DNA of 64,000 nt from a virus, in the IMG/VR virus record IMGVR_UViG_3300046373_000136, positions 1-64,000 of that record; one strand, 5' to 3'. Below the pieces are notes generated by a model. The model was not told where the DNA came from. It did no database searches and was given only the letters and a program-made list of their open reading frames with translations. Both the position numbers and the translations under genes were made by a program. Shown here one piece after another: positions 36,532-48,700 of this stretch (the first letter of the stretch is position 1; each line of letters begins with the position of its first letter).

Positions 36532-36998
36532 TCACCGCTGACATGCAGCAATATATCGGAACCAAGTTACTCAAGGCATTCCCTTTGAGCCGTGGTTCGT
36601 ACAATCTGTATCGTGGCTGGATTATACCCAAAGGGGAAAACCCAGATGATGAGGGCTATCTCGTTCAGTACCAAGATGGTTATGAATCATGGTCACCAAA
36701 AGACCAATTTGAAATGGCTTATCGAACGACTGAGGCTATGACCTTTGGTCTTGCAGTCGAAGCCATGAAGATGGGTATGCCCGTCAGCCGTCAAGGATGG
36801 AATGGCAATGGCCAGTTCGTTTATCTGGTTCCTGCTGCATCCTATCCAGCTCAGACTGGTGTGGCCAAGCATTACTTCGGTGAAGGCTCCATGGTGCCCT
36901 ACAACGCTTACTTTGCACTGAAGACCGTGCAAGGCAACGTAAGCACCTGGGTTCCTTCGATCAATGACTGCCTTGCAGAAGATTGGATGATCGTATGA
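36528..36998 (+). CDS. DUF2829 / Tad2-like sponge fused to an N-terminal YIGTK...SWSPK domain
   Basis: MTFGLAVEAMKMG..VSRQGWNG...WVPSINDCLAEDW; ATGA-coupled start at 36528. Confidence 0.82.
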   Translation: MITADMQQYIGTKLLKAFPLSRGSYNLYRGWIIPKGENPDDEGYLVQYQDGYESWSPKDQFEMAYRTTEAMTFGLAVEAMKMGMPVSRQGWNGNGQFVYLVPAASYPAQTGVAKHYFGEGSMVPYNAYFALKTVQGNVSTWVPSINDCLAEDWMIV

Positions 36999-37228
36999 CC
37001 GACAAGCAACTGGATACCTTGCTGCCCCACCAACAACGTGTGGTGCAGGAGAAGAAGGAGCTGGACGAGAAAGTTGTAGCCCTGGCCAAGTTTTTTACCA
37101 CGGATACCTTCCACAACCTGTCGGCTAATGAACAGACCATGTTGCATCGACAGATCATCGTCATGGGTAAGTATTCACAAATCCTGGGTGATCGCATTGC
37201 CCTGTTCCTGAAAGAAGTCAATGGATAA
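36995..37228 (+). CDS. small helical-hairpin protein (crAss001_48-related type), putative sponge
   Basis: PHQQRVVQEKKELDEK...L..F...F..L...EQ..L..Q...M..Y..IL..RI..F; ATGA-coupled. Confidence 0.7.
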   Translation: MTDKQLDTLLPHQQRVVQEKKELDEKVVALAKFFTTDTFHNLSANEQTMLHRQIIVMGKYSQILGDRIALFLKEVNG

Positions 37229-37511
37229 TCAACCAGAACCAGTGCAGCCGAAACCCGAGCTGATCCCCATGGATGACATGGGTGTCTTCATCGGTCTGGT
37301 GGAAGCCTGGCATGCTGCCAATATCGGCATGCTCAAACAGATGCAACACATCCCGAATGACGGCAGTATCTCTGTCGAATACGAAGGTGTGCGTGTACCC
37401 GTTCAAGGCGACATCTACAAGGGCATGATGATGGGCCTGATTGCTGCCATCGGCATGTTCGGCCAGCTTCCATTTGCCGAGATCGAAGATGAGCCAGCCA
37501 AGGCTGATTAA
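37221..37511 (+). CDS. hypothetical protein
   Basis: 96 aa, overlaps both neighbours; ends GQLPF. Confidence 0.65.
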   Translation: MDNQPEPVQPKPELIPMDDMGVFIGLVEAWHAANIGMLKQMQHIPNDGSISVEYEGVRVPVQGDIYKGMMMGLIAAIGMFGQLPFAEIEDEPAKAD

Positions 37512-38079
37512 CGTCTGTGGTATGGACCCCAGCATGCGTAGCTGGGGAATCGCCTGTGGCACATACAATCTGGACACGCACGAAGTGGTGATTACCCATG
37601 TTGAAGTGGTCAATACCGAGTCAACGAAAAGTAAGCAGGTACGGACCAACAGCCTGGACATTGCCCGTGCTGTCTTGTTGTATGAAGGTGCGGAAGACTT
37701 CTTCCGCGTAGCACAGTTCACCTTTGTCGAAGTGCCTGTGGGATCACAGAGCGCCAACGGGATGAAGGCTTACGGTATGTGCGTTGGCATTCTTGGATCA
37801 GTTCGTGCCAGTGGTTCGCAGTTCATTGAAGTGACACCAACCGAAGTAAAGGTTGCTGCCACAGGCAATAAGAATGCGACCAAGGACGATATGATCGAAT
37901 GGGCCACTACCAAGCACCCCGAAGCGCCATGGTCTAAACATCATGGCAAGCTCAACACCTCCAAGGTCGAACATCAAGCTGATGCAGTCGGTGCCATCCA
38001 TGCCGGCATCAAATCCAACGCATTCAAACAATTATTGCCATATCTGGCAGCCAATAAAGGAGTAGCACATGCAAGTTAA
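37489..38079 (+). CDS. RuvC-like Holliday junction resolvase
   Basis: VCGMDPSMRSWG, FVEVP, TPTEVK...ATKDDMI, HQADAVG. Confidence 0.85.
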   Translation: MSQPRLINVCGMDPSMRSWGIACGTYNLDTHEVVITHVEVVNTESTKSKQVRTNSLDIARAVLLYEGAEDFFRVAQFTFVEVPVGSQSANGMKAYGMCVGILGSVRASGSQFIEVTPTEVKVAATGNKNATKDDMIEWATTKHPEAPWSKHHGKLNTSKVEHQADAVGAIHAGIKSNAFKQLLPYLAANKGVAHAS

Positions 38080-38821
38080 TCTGAAAGAAAGCGAAATCGC
38101 CAAGGCGGTTGAACTGTACCTGAACGGTCATGGCATCAAGACCCTCGGACGTGATGTCACCATCCAGTTCTCGATGGGCAAAGGCGTCAATGGCCTGAAG
38201 GCTGAAGTCGAGATCGAAGGCATCGATCAACCGGAAATCCCCGGCTTCCGCACCACTGATCCTGTGGTCCTGGAAACCAAGGCTGAAGAACCTGAAGTCA
38301 AGCCGACCAAGGTCGCCGCACTGATCCAGCATCACACGGAAGAAGTGCAGCAGAAGATCGCTGCGGCTACGGCAGAAGTCCAGGCAGAGCATGTTGCTGC
38401 CATGGCTCAGGTTTCCCCGGTTGCTGAACACACCGAAGTCCTGGCCGTGCTCAGCAAGGCAGACATCGAAGCGGAAGCTGCCTTGGCAGAAGCCGAAGCG
38501 GCCGAAGCAGCTCAGGCTGACAAAGGCCCACCGTTCGAAGCAGATCAACCTGCCGCTGTAGCCGAGCCAGTAGCCGAAGCTGCACCGAAGGCCAAGCGCA
38601 CGCCGATCTTCGGCAAGAAAGCAGCAGCCATGGTCGAGCCTGAACCGGCCGCAGCACCAACGACTGAGCCGGACCTGGACGAAGCCGGCGACGACAATGG
38701 ATCGTTCGATCTGCCAACGGAAGGTGATGCACCAGCCGAAGCACCGGAGCCAGTGGCAGAAGTTAAGCCAACGCCGATCCGTCGCAACACGTCGAGCCTG
38801 TTCAAGAAGCCAGCGCCTTAA
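38069..38821 (+). CDS. hypothetical acidic Ala/Glu/Pro-rich protein
   Basis: SD AAGGAG; short folded N-terminus, low-complexity body, ends SSLF. Confidence 0.75.
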   Translation: MQVNLKESEIAKAVELYLNGHGIKTLGRDVTIQFSMGKGVNGLKAEVEIEGIDQPEIPGFRTTDPVVLETKAEEPEVKPTKVAALIQHHTEEVQQKIAAATAEVQAEHVAAMAQVSPVAEHTEVLAVLSKADIEAEAALAEAEAAEAAQADKGPPFEADQPAAVAEPVAEAAPKAKRTPIFGKKAAAMVEPEPAAAPTTEPDLDEAGDDNGSFDLPTEGDAPAEAPEPVAEVKPTPIRRNTSSLFKKPAP

Positions 38822-39010
38822 ATGCGTATCTTGAAAGCGATAGGAGCTATCCTGTTGTGGATCATCGTCATATTCATTGTGGCGTTGATCGGCTTGATAG
38901 GCTGGTTCCTATCCACTATCGCTGGTTTTGTTGTAACCGGTGTACTGGTGATCTTGGGCATCATGATCCTCTGTTCGGGGAACAAGCCCAAGAAACCTAA
39001 CCCACCATAG
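38822..39010 (+). CDS. small two-TM membrane protein
   Basis: 62 aa, highly hydrophobic. Confidence 0.65.
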   Translation: MRILKAIGAILLWIIVIFIVALIGLIGWFLSTIAGFVVTGVLVILGIMILCSGNKPKKPNPP

Positions 39011-39013
39011 GCA

Positions 39014-39045
39014 ATAGAAAGGCTCCTTCAGGGGAGCCTTTCTAT
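39014..39045 (+). terminator. intrinsic terminator
   Basis: ATAGAAAGGCTCC / GGAGCCTTTCTAT, a 13-bp perfect inverted repeat. Confidence 0.75.
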
Positions 39046-39071
39046 GACTTATCCCACATGGAGACTTACCG

Positions 39072-39299
39072 ATGAAAAATATGAAGCGCGTGAAATTACA
39101 TGAAGCCAGTATCGGCAAACATGTTGTGGTCAGCGATGCACTCGATGCCACGATCTACACCGTCAAGGAAGTGACCAACTACACCTTGCGCCTGGCCTAT
39201 TATGAGAATGGCCGGGAGTACGGCGGTGGACAGATGGATGTAGGTGGTTGCTACCACCCTACCGAAGAACAACTCAACCATGAGCTGACCCGCAAATGA
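39072..39299 (+). CDS. hypothetical protein
   Basis: 75 aa, SD GGAG. Confidence 0.6.
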   Translation: MKNMKRVKLHEASIGKHVVVSDALDATIYTVKEVTNYTLRLAYYENGREYGGGQMDVGGCYHPTEEQLNHELTRK

Positions 39300-39538
39300 G
39301 CAACAAACATTATGTGCTGGTTCCTGGTTACGTCATCAGCGAGACCGATGATGATGAGCACTACATCACATGGCAAATGCTGCAACGCCTGTACCAACTG
39401 GAACGGGGAGAATTTTCCATTAGCCGCGGTCATAAACGTGGTTGCACAAGAGAAATCTTCGAACCTCCTGTTCCACCAGATCGGGAAATCGTATGGCTCC
39501 GACCCAGCAGCAAAGGCAAGTACGGACGGCCAGAATGA
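39296..39538 (+). CDS. hypothetical protein
   Basis: ATGA-coupled; YVLVPGYVISETDDDEHYI...LRPSSKGKY. Confidence 0.65.
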   Translation: MSNKHYVLVPGYVISETDDDEHYITWQMLQRLYQLERGEFSISRGHKRGCTREIFEPPVPPDREIVWLRPSSKGKYGRPE

Positions 39539-39693
39539 TCTGGCCAATTCTGGCAGCTTTAGCTGCTTTACTTTCTTTCTTTGGTTTGCTGTATCAAAAA
39601 CACAAAGATATAAATGATATCTGGACCATGAATATATGGGCAAATGCAATATGGTTTATTCCATATCTTCTATTGGCTATAGGAAAGAAGTAA
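39535..39693 (+). CDS. small AT-rich two-TM membrane peptide
   Basis: ATGA-coupled; MIWPILAALAALLSFFGLLY...WANAIWFIPYLLLAIGKK. Confidence 0.55.
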   Translation: MIWPILAALAALLSFFGLLYQKHKDINDIWTMNIWANAIWFIPYLLLAIGKK

Positions 39694-39694
39694 C

Positions 39695-39727
39695 AAAAAG
39701 ATGGCCGGTGATTTTACTCACCGGCCA
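39695..39727. terminator. terminator between converging + genes and vRNAP
   Basis: TGGCCGGTGA/TCACCGGCCA stem preceded by an A5 run (U tract on the - strand). Confidence 0.75.
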
Positions 39728-39753
39728 CTAGCCCTTCTCCGTTACCTCACAGC

Positions 39754-42700
39754 CTACTTGAAGACGGACATCGCACCATTCACCGTTGCCAGTTGATCCA
39801 ACGTACTGAAATACCGGAACGCTCCTGTTGTGAGTGGGTTGTTGCCTACCTTCCTTAATGCAGAGCTGTCCAATACAGTTTCACCCAGTTCCCAGATATT
39901 GTCCAGAATGATCGTACCCAACACCCGTGCCGGATTCTCCCGCACCAATCGGATCAGCACCTTCTGGATGCGCAGGAAGTACTTCATGAACGGGATGATG
40001 CCCATGTCATCCACGTATTGTAAAAGTGGATGCATCGGAATGTCATAGTTCACGAAGGCTTCACTGGCTTGCTGGATCGCTTCCTTCTTGCTCAGCGGAT
40101 TCTTTTTCCGCGTCGTCAGGTGTTGATACAGCGCATACCGAGCCACGAAGTCAGACAGTTGCGTTACCCGTGAGAGACCTTGATACAGCTTCGTATCGTG
40201 GGTCATGTAGACGTTCTTCAGCCCACGCTGAATGACCGGATGCAGGTATTGATCCATCTTCTCATCCACGTCCCGAGCAAACTTGCTCCGGTACGAATAA
40301 ATGTCATCGGCTGCGGCCACATCCTCCACAATCGTTGGCATCAGGCCAGCGTCTATCAGCTCCTTGACCGGGTTCCGGGCAATGCTGTCTTCCAGACGGG
40401 TGATTTCATCATCCAGTTCTTTCACACTCCCCTTGATGTAATCAGCACTCCGTGCCAGTTGTAGCCGTGCCAGCTTCTCGCTGTCTTTGCGGTACGCTGT
40501 CGCTCCCCGCAAAGCCACCAGATGACTGTTCAAGTTTTGCCGGAATGGCACACCGGACAAGGCCAGCAACCACATATTCGACTTGATGTTGCCGATCATC
40601 ACCGTACCAGTCTTGACCACCACGATGTCCTTGATCTCCGACACCACAGCGAGCCAGCGACGTTCAAACTGACGCACACGGTGTTCAGCCTTGGCACCGA
40701 AGATTTGCGTGGTCAACTGGATCATCGCCTTGTCCATGAAGCCTTTGTCTTCCTTGTTGAAGGCATCAGCCATGGACAGCTTGCGATAGCCGAACAGGAT
40801 GTTCAGGCTGTCCTTGCGTACCATCATGGCATCCTGCCCCCACACTTTACGGATATCCGCTTGGGTCTGGGCCGGCAGAAGATTCCAGATTTCACGCAAC
40901 GAGGCATCGGCCGAACCAGCACCGATCTTGATGAAGTCGTCTGGATTGTCTGCGAAGGATTTGTTGTATTCCTCCCGCAGCACTTCCACGGCTTTCTTGT
41001 TCTGCACCGGTGTGGCTTGCTTGTCATAGACCGAACCGGCCATCTTGCCCATCAGGTGCTCGAAGCGGTTATCCCGTTCGAGGATCGAGTCCTTCGTGGA
41101 CTCAGCCATCAGGTAACGCCAGTCGGTGATCCGGCCAGCTTCATTGAAGATCGGCGCAGCATGGTTATCCGAACGGTTCGACATCAGCTTCCAGGAGCTA
41201 CCCTTGGTCTGCCGATCCCAGGCCGACATCGCCATGGTGGAGAACTCATTCGGGTTCTCAATCTCCAAACGGCTACCCTTGGCTCCGGTATCGGACAGCG
41301 AGAACGCACCCGTTACACGGCGGCTCAGGCCACCATCCTTCTGCACGTAGATGTGCTTGACGCCACCGTTCGGGTCCAGATTGTCTGGGTTCACACGTGG
41401 TCCTTTGCTATAGCCTTGAGCCACCAGTAGATCACCCAGCTCATTGTTGACCACTTGAATATCAGTGTTCGGGTTGTACACCTCCGGTGTGTAGCCGTGC
41501 ATCATCAATGTTGGATTACCCTTGAACAGCTTTTCCAGGGACTCCGCTTCCATGTGCTTGTGCAGCTTGAGCATGAACTCCACACCGTTCTCCGTGCCCC
41601 GGCCGTTCTCTGCCGACAGCACCGAGTTGGCCGCAGCCTTGTCTGCATCCGAGCTGTAGCCGATGCTGTACAGCGTCACCAGGGCATTGATCGTGGCTTC
41701 GCTTCGGTATGCCTGAATGTGATCGACATTGCCTTCGTACTTGGTGCCCAGCAACCGGCTGATGTTATGGCCATTGGCATGCAGCAGACCACGAACATAT
41801 CCCGTTGCCTTGTAGTAACCCAGTACTTGTGCCTGCTCGATCACGGCATCCTTCAGGCCACGATAGTTGCCCAGCTTGGCTTCCATCTCTCCAATGTGCT
41901 TGTCCAGTACAGCCGGATCAGCCAGCATCGCTTCGATCTGCTTCAGGTCGAAGTGATCCAGCAGGTGATGGGCACCCGAGCGCATGAAGATGCGGGTCAC
42001 ACCGGTCTTCTGTGCTTCGGTCAGCTTTTCACTATCCTTGAACCCGGCCAGGACTGCCGCTGCACCCTGTGTGATGATGTCCTTGCGTTCACCTTCCCGA
42101 ATCTTGGCTTCACGCAAGATTTCCTGGAAGACAACCAAGTGTCCACGCACCTCAGTCACCAGCGAGGCCATCACGCCTTCGCTGCTCTTGAACTCCTTGT
42201 TCCGGATGGTCTTCATACCGTCCAGGAAGTCTTCCACGCGATCATCGGCATAGATTTTGGCAACCACACCGGCTGTCCGGATGAATTGATTCTTGCTACC
42301 GGTGAACAGCTTGGAACCAGCCGCCTTGCTCACAGCAGCACGGCCTTTCTCAGCCAAAGACTTAGCCATGTCTTCGACTGGTTCCAGCATCGCCGTGGTC
42401 ACCGCATTACGTGCCAGCACTTGCTTGCTCTTAGCTTCAATGCTCACCAGTTGCTTGACCAGTTGTTCGAGCTTGGCATCAGCCCGTTGACCAGCGTAGG
42501 TACCGGTGATCTTGTCGGTCAGCAGTTCCAACATCTTCTCGAAGAAACGTTGCAGCTTATCGGCAAAGGAACCACCCGAGGCCATGGTACCGGTGTCGGT
42601 CGAGACCTTCATCAGCTCATTCACCTCAGGGTGGACCAGCGCCATGGCTGCAAAGCGTGCCAGATAATCCGACTGGTTCCCGTTGTCCTTGGTAGGCGTG

Positions 42701-45700
42701 AACAGGAAGTCATGCTGATCCTGTGGCAGCTTGCCTTGCAACAGCGTCTTGGCTTCGGTGTACAGCTTGCCCAGTTGCGCATATGCGCTCTTGGCCGCTG
42801 CATCGTGGCTGTCGAGTGCGGTCTTGATCGTCACTTCCACCTGTTCCAGTGCGAACGCCAACTGGCTCGATACCCGGAACGGCGAAGCAATCGTAGCCGA
42901 GGCAAACGGTACGGCACCCTCTGCTTCAGCGGTGATGAACGCATCCAGTGGTGTCCCGGCCTGACTGTTCATGATCGCTTGACGCAGCGAGCCGAACTTG
43001 CCATGCAACTTCTCCACGATCCCGGTTAGCAGACCGGTGATCCGGCTCTTGTCGGCATCCGACAGGCGACCATCTTCCAGCGCATTGAAGACATCCTGCG
43101 TGCTGTATTCGGTGATGCGCTGTACTGCCATCGACAACACCGTGGCAACCTGGGACTGTGGTCCCTGTTTCTGCTCCGCTGCATGCTTGAACAAGCCGGA
43201 AGCATTGGCAATGAGCATGCCCAGACCGTTGGTCTGCATGTCCGTTGGCGACTTGAACAGATATTTGCTGATCGTGTTGATGAACTTCTGCATGCCAGCC
43301 ACCAGACGATTCTTCGTCGTGCGGCTCTCGTCCAGTTGTATCTTGCTCAGCACTTCCGTTTGGAAGTCCCGGTTGGTCAAGCCCCATGCCAGCAGCTCGT
43401 TGACTTCGGTGACGGCACCGTCGAACTTTGTCAATCCCTTGTCTTCAACATAACCCCGTGCCACGGACAGGATTTCTTCCAGTTCCGAGACCAGTGCCTT
43501 GGCATCCCCGGTTGGATTGATCACAGCCCGTGCCAGCACACTGTGGATCAGCTCATGGATGACCAGTTCAGGCGTCAGGCCCGAGTCCACGAAGTCGGGT
43601 GACAGTAGGTTGACTTCCTGCTTGCTGCCCTTGGCCACATACCAGCCACGGCTGGCTTCAGTAGGCATGGCCAGCACATCCCCTGCCTTGGTCTCCGGCG
43701 TGATGTAACGCACCGTCAGATCGGCCGGGGCCAGTTTGTACAGCACTCGCAGCATGTCGGCTTGCAGCTTGCTGCTCCACCCGCCATCCTTGCGCAACAT
43801 CCCGACCAGTTGCTTGATCAAGTCCTTGACCTGGGGATTCGGATTCGCTTGCAGATAGGAAACTAATTCTGCATTCGATTCGACCACCGGGGAACCAAGC
43901 TGACCAAAGGGGGTGAATACCCCTTGGTTCAAGCTGTCAGCAGCCTGCACAAGCGATTCCACTACCGCATCCTTGTCAGCACCTTCAGGCATGGCGTTAA
44001 TCGCTTCTGCGACGTTCTGGCCAGCCTCAACGGCCTTCTGCAAGTCCCGTGCTTCCTTGGTGTCGAGTTCCGCAGCGACCTGGCCCACTGCCCATGCAGC
44101 GGTTGCCGGTGTGGTCTGCGTCTGTTCGGCGGTGATGACCGGTGCTACTTGCTTCGCGGTGGCGGGTTGTACCCCCTTGACGAACAGTTTGCCCAGCGCA
44201 TCAGCACTTGCTTCCATCGCTTCGGTGAGTGGTGCACCTTCGGCTTCGAGTTCAGCCAGCAGCTTCCGGGCTTCGGCCCGGTCTGCTTCGGTGACATCGT
44301 ACTGCCCGTCTTCCCAGGTGTACTGGTCAATGGCGGTCATCTCTGCCATGGCTTCGAGCCGCACCTTGTTGGCCTTGAATTGCTGACCACGCAGACGCGA
44401 CAGGATATGTACCGGCAGATCAGCCGGCGCTACTTCTTCATCCTGGTACAACAGGGCTTCGAACGATGCCTGAATCTGCTTGAGCACAGCCGGGGAGACA
44501 TCCCCATCCTCTGCCATTTGCAGCACATTCGTCACCGAGCGTTCGAGCATCTGGAACGCTTCCGTTGCTGGGGAGAAAGTCAGCAGGGTTTTCCAGGTGG
44601 CACCATTAATCGCCTTGGCAGTTTCCCGCACCTTGTCGGCACCATTGCCAATCTCGTCATGCACGTTCATCGCTTCGATGAATTGAGCCAATGCCCGATG
44701 CATGATGGCCGAGTCAGACGAGTGCATGAAGTACGGCAGTCCAGCCGCACCGGGACCGACTTCACGTCGTTCCATGGAGCTGGCCTTCATCGCTGTGACT
44801 GGCTTGCCTTCGGCATTAAGCACTGGTGTAGCGAACTGGGTCTTGGCATATCCATACGGCTGTGTGCTACGACCATTGCTGGTCTTGGCCATATACAGAC
44901 CGGCATTCAGATCCCCTTCGGCTTGGCTGTAGGCGGTATGTGCTTGTGGCAACACGTGCGCTACCTTGGCATCCAGCGCCGCTTTCTGTGTGGCGTTCAT
45001 GCCATGCACCGGGACACGATCAGTCGTACCGTCCTTGCGCTTAACATCACGGTAATCGATTTCACCGGCTTCCATCAGCCGGGTCATTTCCTTGGCTTCC
45101 AGATCACGATACAGCGCATCGTAGATTTCAAAGGAAGTCTGGATTGCCTTGTTCACTGCCGAACGCCGGGACGAGAACACTTTGAAGTAGTTGTTCATGG
45201 TCTCCGTGACCGCTGCACCCATGGTGTTATCAAAGGCATCGTTCATGCTGTCCAGACGTGCCTTGTTCTCCTTGGCATCCAGGTCCAGCACCATCAGTTG
45301 TTCGATGGTCGTGTCTGCACTGAAGGCGTTCTTCCTGCCTACCAGTTGGTTGAGACTGTCGATCAACTGACCACGGCTTGTACTCTTGTCCGAACCATCA
45401 GCAACCGCTTCAATCTTGTCGTAGACCGACTGGATGAAGGCTTCCCGCATGGACAGGACAGATTTCTCCACGGCTGAGCCAAAGGTAAAAGCAGTCAGCG
45501 GTGTCTTGACAATCTTTCGGCCTGCACTGGTGACCTTGTTACCACTCATCAGTTCCTTGGTGAAGGTCTGGATTGCCGTCATGGTGGCCGAGTTCGGCAA
45601 GCCTTTGAGCACATGACTGGCCAGGTCTTCGTACAGGTCCAGGCTGGCATCGTTTTCGTACCAGAGGTTGTAATTCTTCACACCGTCTTCGGCACGATAC

Positions 45701-48700
45701 ATCCCACCCCGATTCAAGCGTGAGAACAGGGCTTTGATCGAGCCGGCCGCACCGAGTGCCAACTGGGACAGGATCGGGCCATTGGTCTTACCGTCCACAC
45801 CGACGAGCATATGTGACTCGAACGTGGCATCGCCCTTGTCCTTGGCATGCAAGTAGGTGCCGTAAGCAACGAGTGCTTGCAAGGTCTGCATCCCTTCGTT
45901 ACCTGCGGCCAAGTCGGCTATCGCCTCCTTGTCCTGGGTACTCAGGGATGCCGTTTCGGGAGAAAGGGTGGCGTCATATAGCTTGGTTGCCAGCGCATCG
46001 ATTCCCTTGGCCTGGACCTTCTTGTTGAAGATGTCCATGCTCTTGCTGTTGCGTTGCTGGTCCACCTTCACGCCCATGGCTTGAGCCACACCGATCAGGA
46101 ATTGTTCCGCATCAGCGGTCTTGATGGTGGCCTTCCACTCCGGACGATAGATCATGAACCGGTGAATCTTCGAGGTCTGTGGGTTCAGATCACGGGTGCT
46201 GATACCAACACGGAAGTTACGCCACACTTCGTAGTTCAGGAAGAATGGTTGTTCCAGCTTCTCTGTACTGTTGGTCAGCGCATTCGTGATCAGTCCCTTC
46301 AGGCTGAGCAACTGGTTTTCCAGGTTCAGGTTTTGGGCTTCGACGCTATCCCGATTCTTCGCATGAATCTTGTCGTCATTGGCTTCCTTCCAGCCGGCCG
46401 CTTTCAGGATCACGTCATCCCCGAGCACGCTCAAGGCATGCCACATGGATGGAATGATCCGGTGCGGTACCTTCTGGGCTTTCTTCAGGGTGGCAGTCTG
46501 TTCCTTGCTCACCTGTTGACCGGTGCGCTTGGCGAACTCCTGCTTGAACGGGATCGGTGTCCAGCTCGCTTCGGTGGGTGTCTTCTCGCTGTCGAACAGC
46601 TTGTCCACCACGCCTTGCGTGTCGGCGTTGGCATCACGGATGGCACGGCTGTCATTCGGCAGTTCCTTGCCGTCACGGACCAAGCTCACATAGGTGATCG
46701 ACTTGTTGGCTTCCATGCTGAATTCCGGCATAAAGTTGGTCAGCACATTGCCCTTGAAGGTCTCGGTCTTGACCAGTTCATTCTTGCGCAACACCTGCAA
46801 GGCATGGATACCAAACGCTGTTGCCAGTCCTGGCAGGTAGTCAAGCGGGGCATCCGGCGTAGCCGAGAGGCCCAGCGCCTTGACGATACGGTCACCCAAA
46901 TCATTAATGACTGCGGTCTCCATTGCCGCCACATTGCGCAAGATGGCTACACCTGCCTTGGTCATCGTATTGGCTTCACCATCCAGACCATGCATCTCCA
47001 ACAGGTCAGCAGCATCTTTGCTCATCGGTGCATGGATGGTGTCGTTGATCCAGCTATACGCCCCATAGGCGATAGCCGTCACCACGTTCTCATCCATGGT
47101 GCCATCAGCATTGAAGAAGTCCTGAAGCGGGTCTTCATAGACGAACTCAGGGTTGACCTGATTGCCTTGGCTGTTCTTGATGCTGCCCTTGATCAAGAGC
47201 GCCTTGATGTCAGCCGACCACTTGGTTGCGAACTTCTGGAAGGTCGTGATCGCCGTGCGCTGCTCATCGGTCAGCCCACCGGGAAACAGGCTGTCTGGTT
47301 CCACGGTTCCGTCATTCATCAGGGTGAGCAGGTTGTTGACTGCGACCAGGGGTTTATCCCGGCCGATGTCTTCATCCTTTTCCACCTTGGCACCCTTCTG
47401 TTTGAGAAATGTTGCTGCCCTATTAATTTTTCGGTACACGGCTCCACGCTCGCCTGGCGGCAGCGTGTTCGCCTTGTCCTGGCCTTGTTGTAATACCGTC
47501 AACCCTGGCTTGGACTGAGAGTCACTTTCAGTGGAATTCTTAGTCGATAAGGGTGCCTCCGGCACCATTGGCGAGATGGATGCGGTAGACTCCGTTCCCT
47601 CAGTAGAATGCAGTGGATTTTTAGTCTTCTCAGTTTCCTGAGTTGACTTTAGTGGATTCTCAGTAGAGCTGCCGGAGGCAGCCTGAGTTAACTGAGTAGT
47701 CACAGCCGGCTGTGCAGCGGTGGACACTGCACTTGGTGAAACACCTACCGGACTTGGCGAGACTGCAACCGGTTGTGCAGGTACCGTAGGTGCTGCTTGA
47801 CCAGACGTTGCAGATGCCGGAGCCGGTTGAACCGCTCCAACAGATGAGTTTCCGCTAGATACTGCTTGTGCCGATGGTAGGTTCTGGACATTCTTGGCTC
47901 CATTGAAACGCAAGTCGATAGCCGCAGCCAACTCTGCCTTGGTTGCAGCAATGGCATCAGCTTCTTTCTGGATCGAGCTGACCAGTTTTTGTGACGCGGC
48001 ATTGACCGTTACCGCACCATTGATCTTTGCTTCCTTGCCTTCGAGGAAATTCGAGTAGCGAATTTCCCATTGCTTAGTGGCATCATTCTTCACCACCTGC
48101 ACCGGTTTGCCCGTGTCTTGATAATCCTGGAAGGCTTCAGCCGTTAGGGTTGCCTTCTGGCTATGTGAAGTTTCGAAGTTGGTCAGCAGATCGAGACTGG
48201 CATTGGCCTTCTTGATTGAGCCAGCACCAATCGCACTAGCTACCTGTTCCCGATACTGGGTCAGGCCCAGGTTGGTCTTGGAACCGTCCACGATTTCCTT
48301 GGACACATCACCCAGACCGCGCAGCTCGTTTTCTGCTACTCGCGTTGCTGCGAACTTGCGCAGGTAATCCTTCTGCGTTTCCGTGGTGGCAGGACTGTTG
48401 ATCAGGGTATTGGCATCGTCTTCCGTGACACGCTTTGGCGACACCATGGAGAGATTGATGATGTTCTCCGCTGCTTGGGCCGCTTCCGGTGCGACGGAGG
48501 CTTCGCCACCGTCTTCCGGCGCTGCCTTAGCTTCGAGTTTGGCGAGCTGGTCTTGCACATCCATGGCGGTGAAGTAGTCGGTCTGGAACCGGTCCATCAC
48601 ACGTTGGGCCTTCTCCACGGACTTCTTGGTACCGGACAGTTCCTTTGCCATGGCCTTTGCTTCCGGCGTGGTTTTGTCTTCCAGTGCGTCATACGCATCG

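Noticed and set aside
43530-43580. HELIH zincin motif and lack of cysteine in vRNAP as novelties
   Set aside because: Both are expected features of N4-type virion RNA polymerases.
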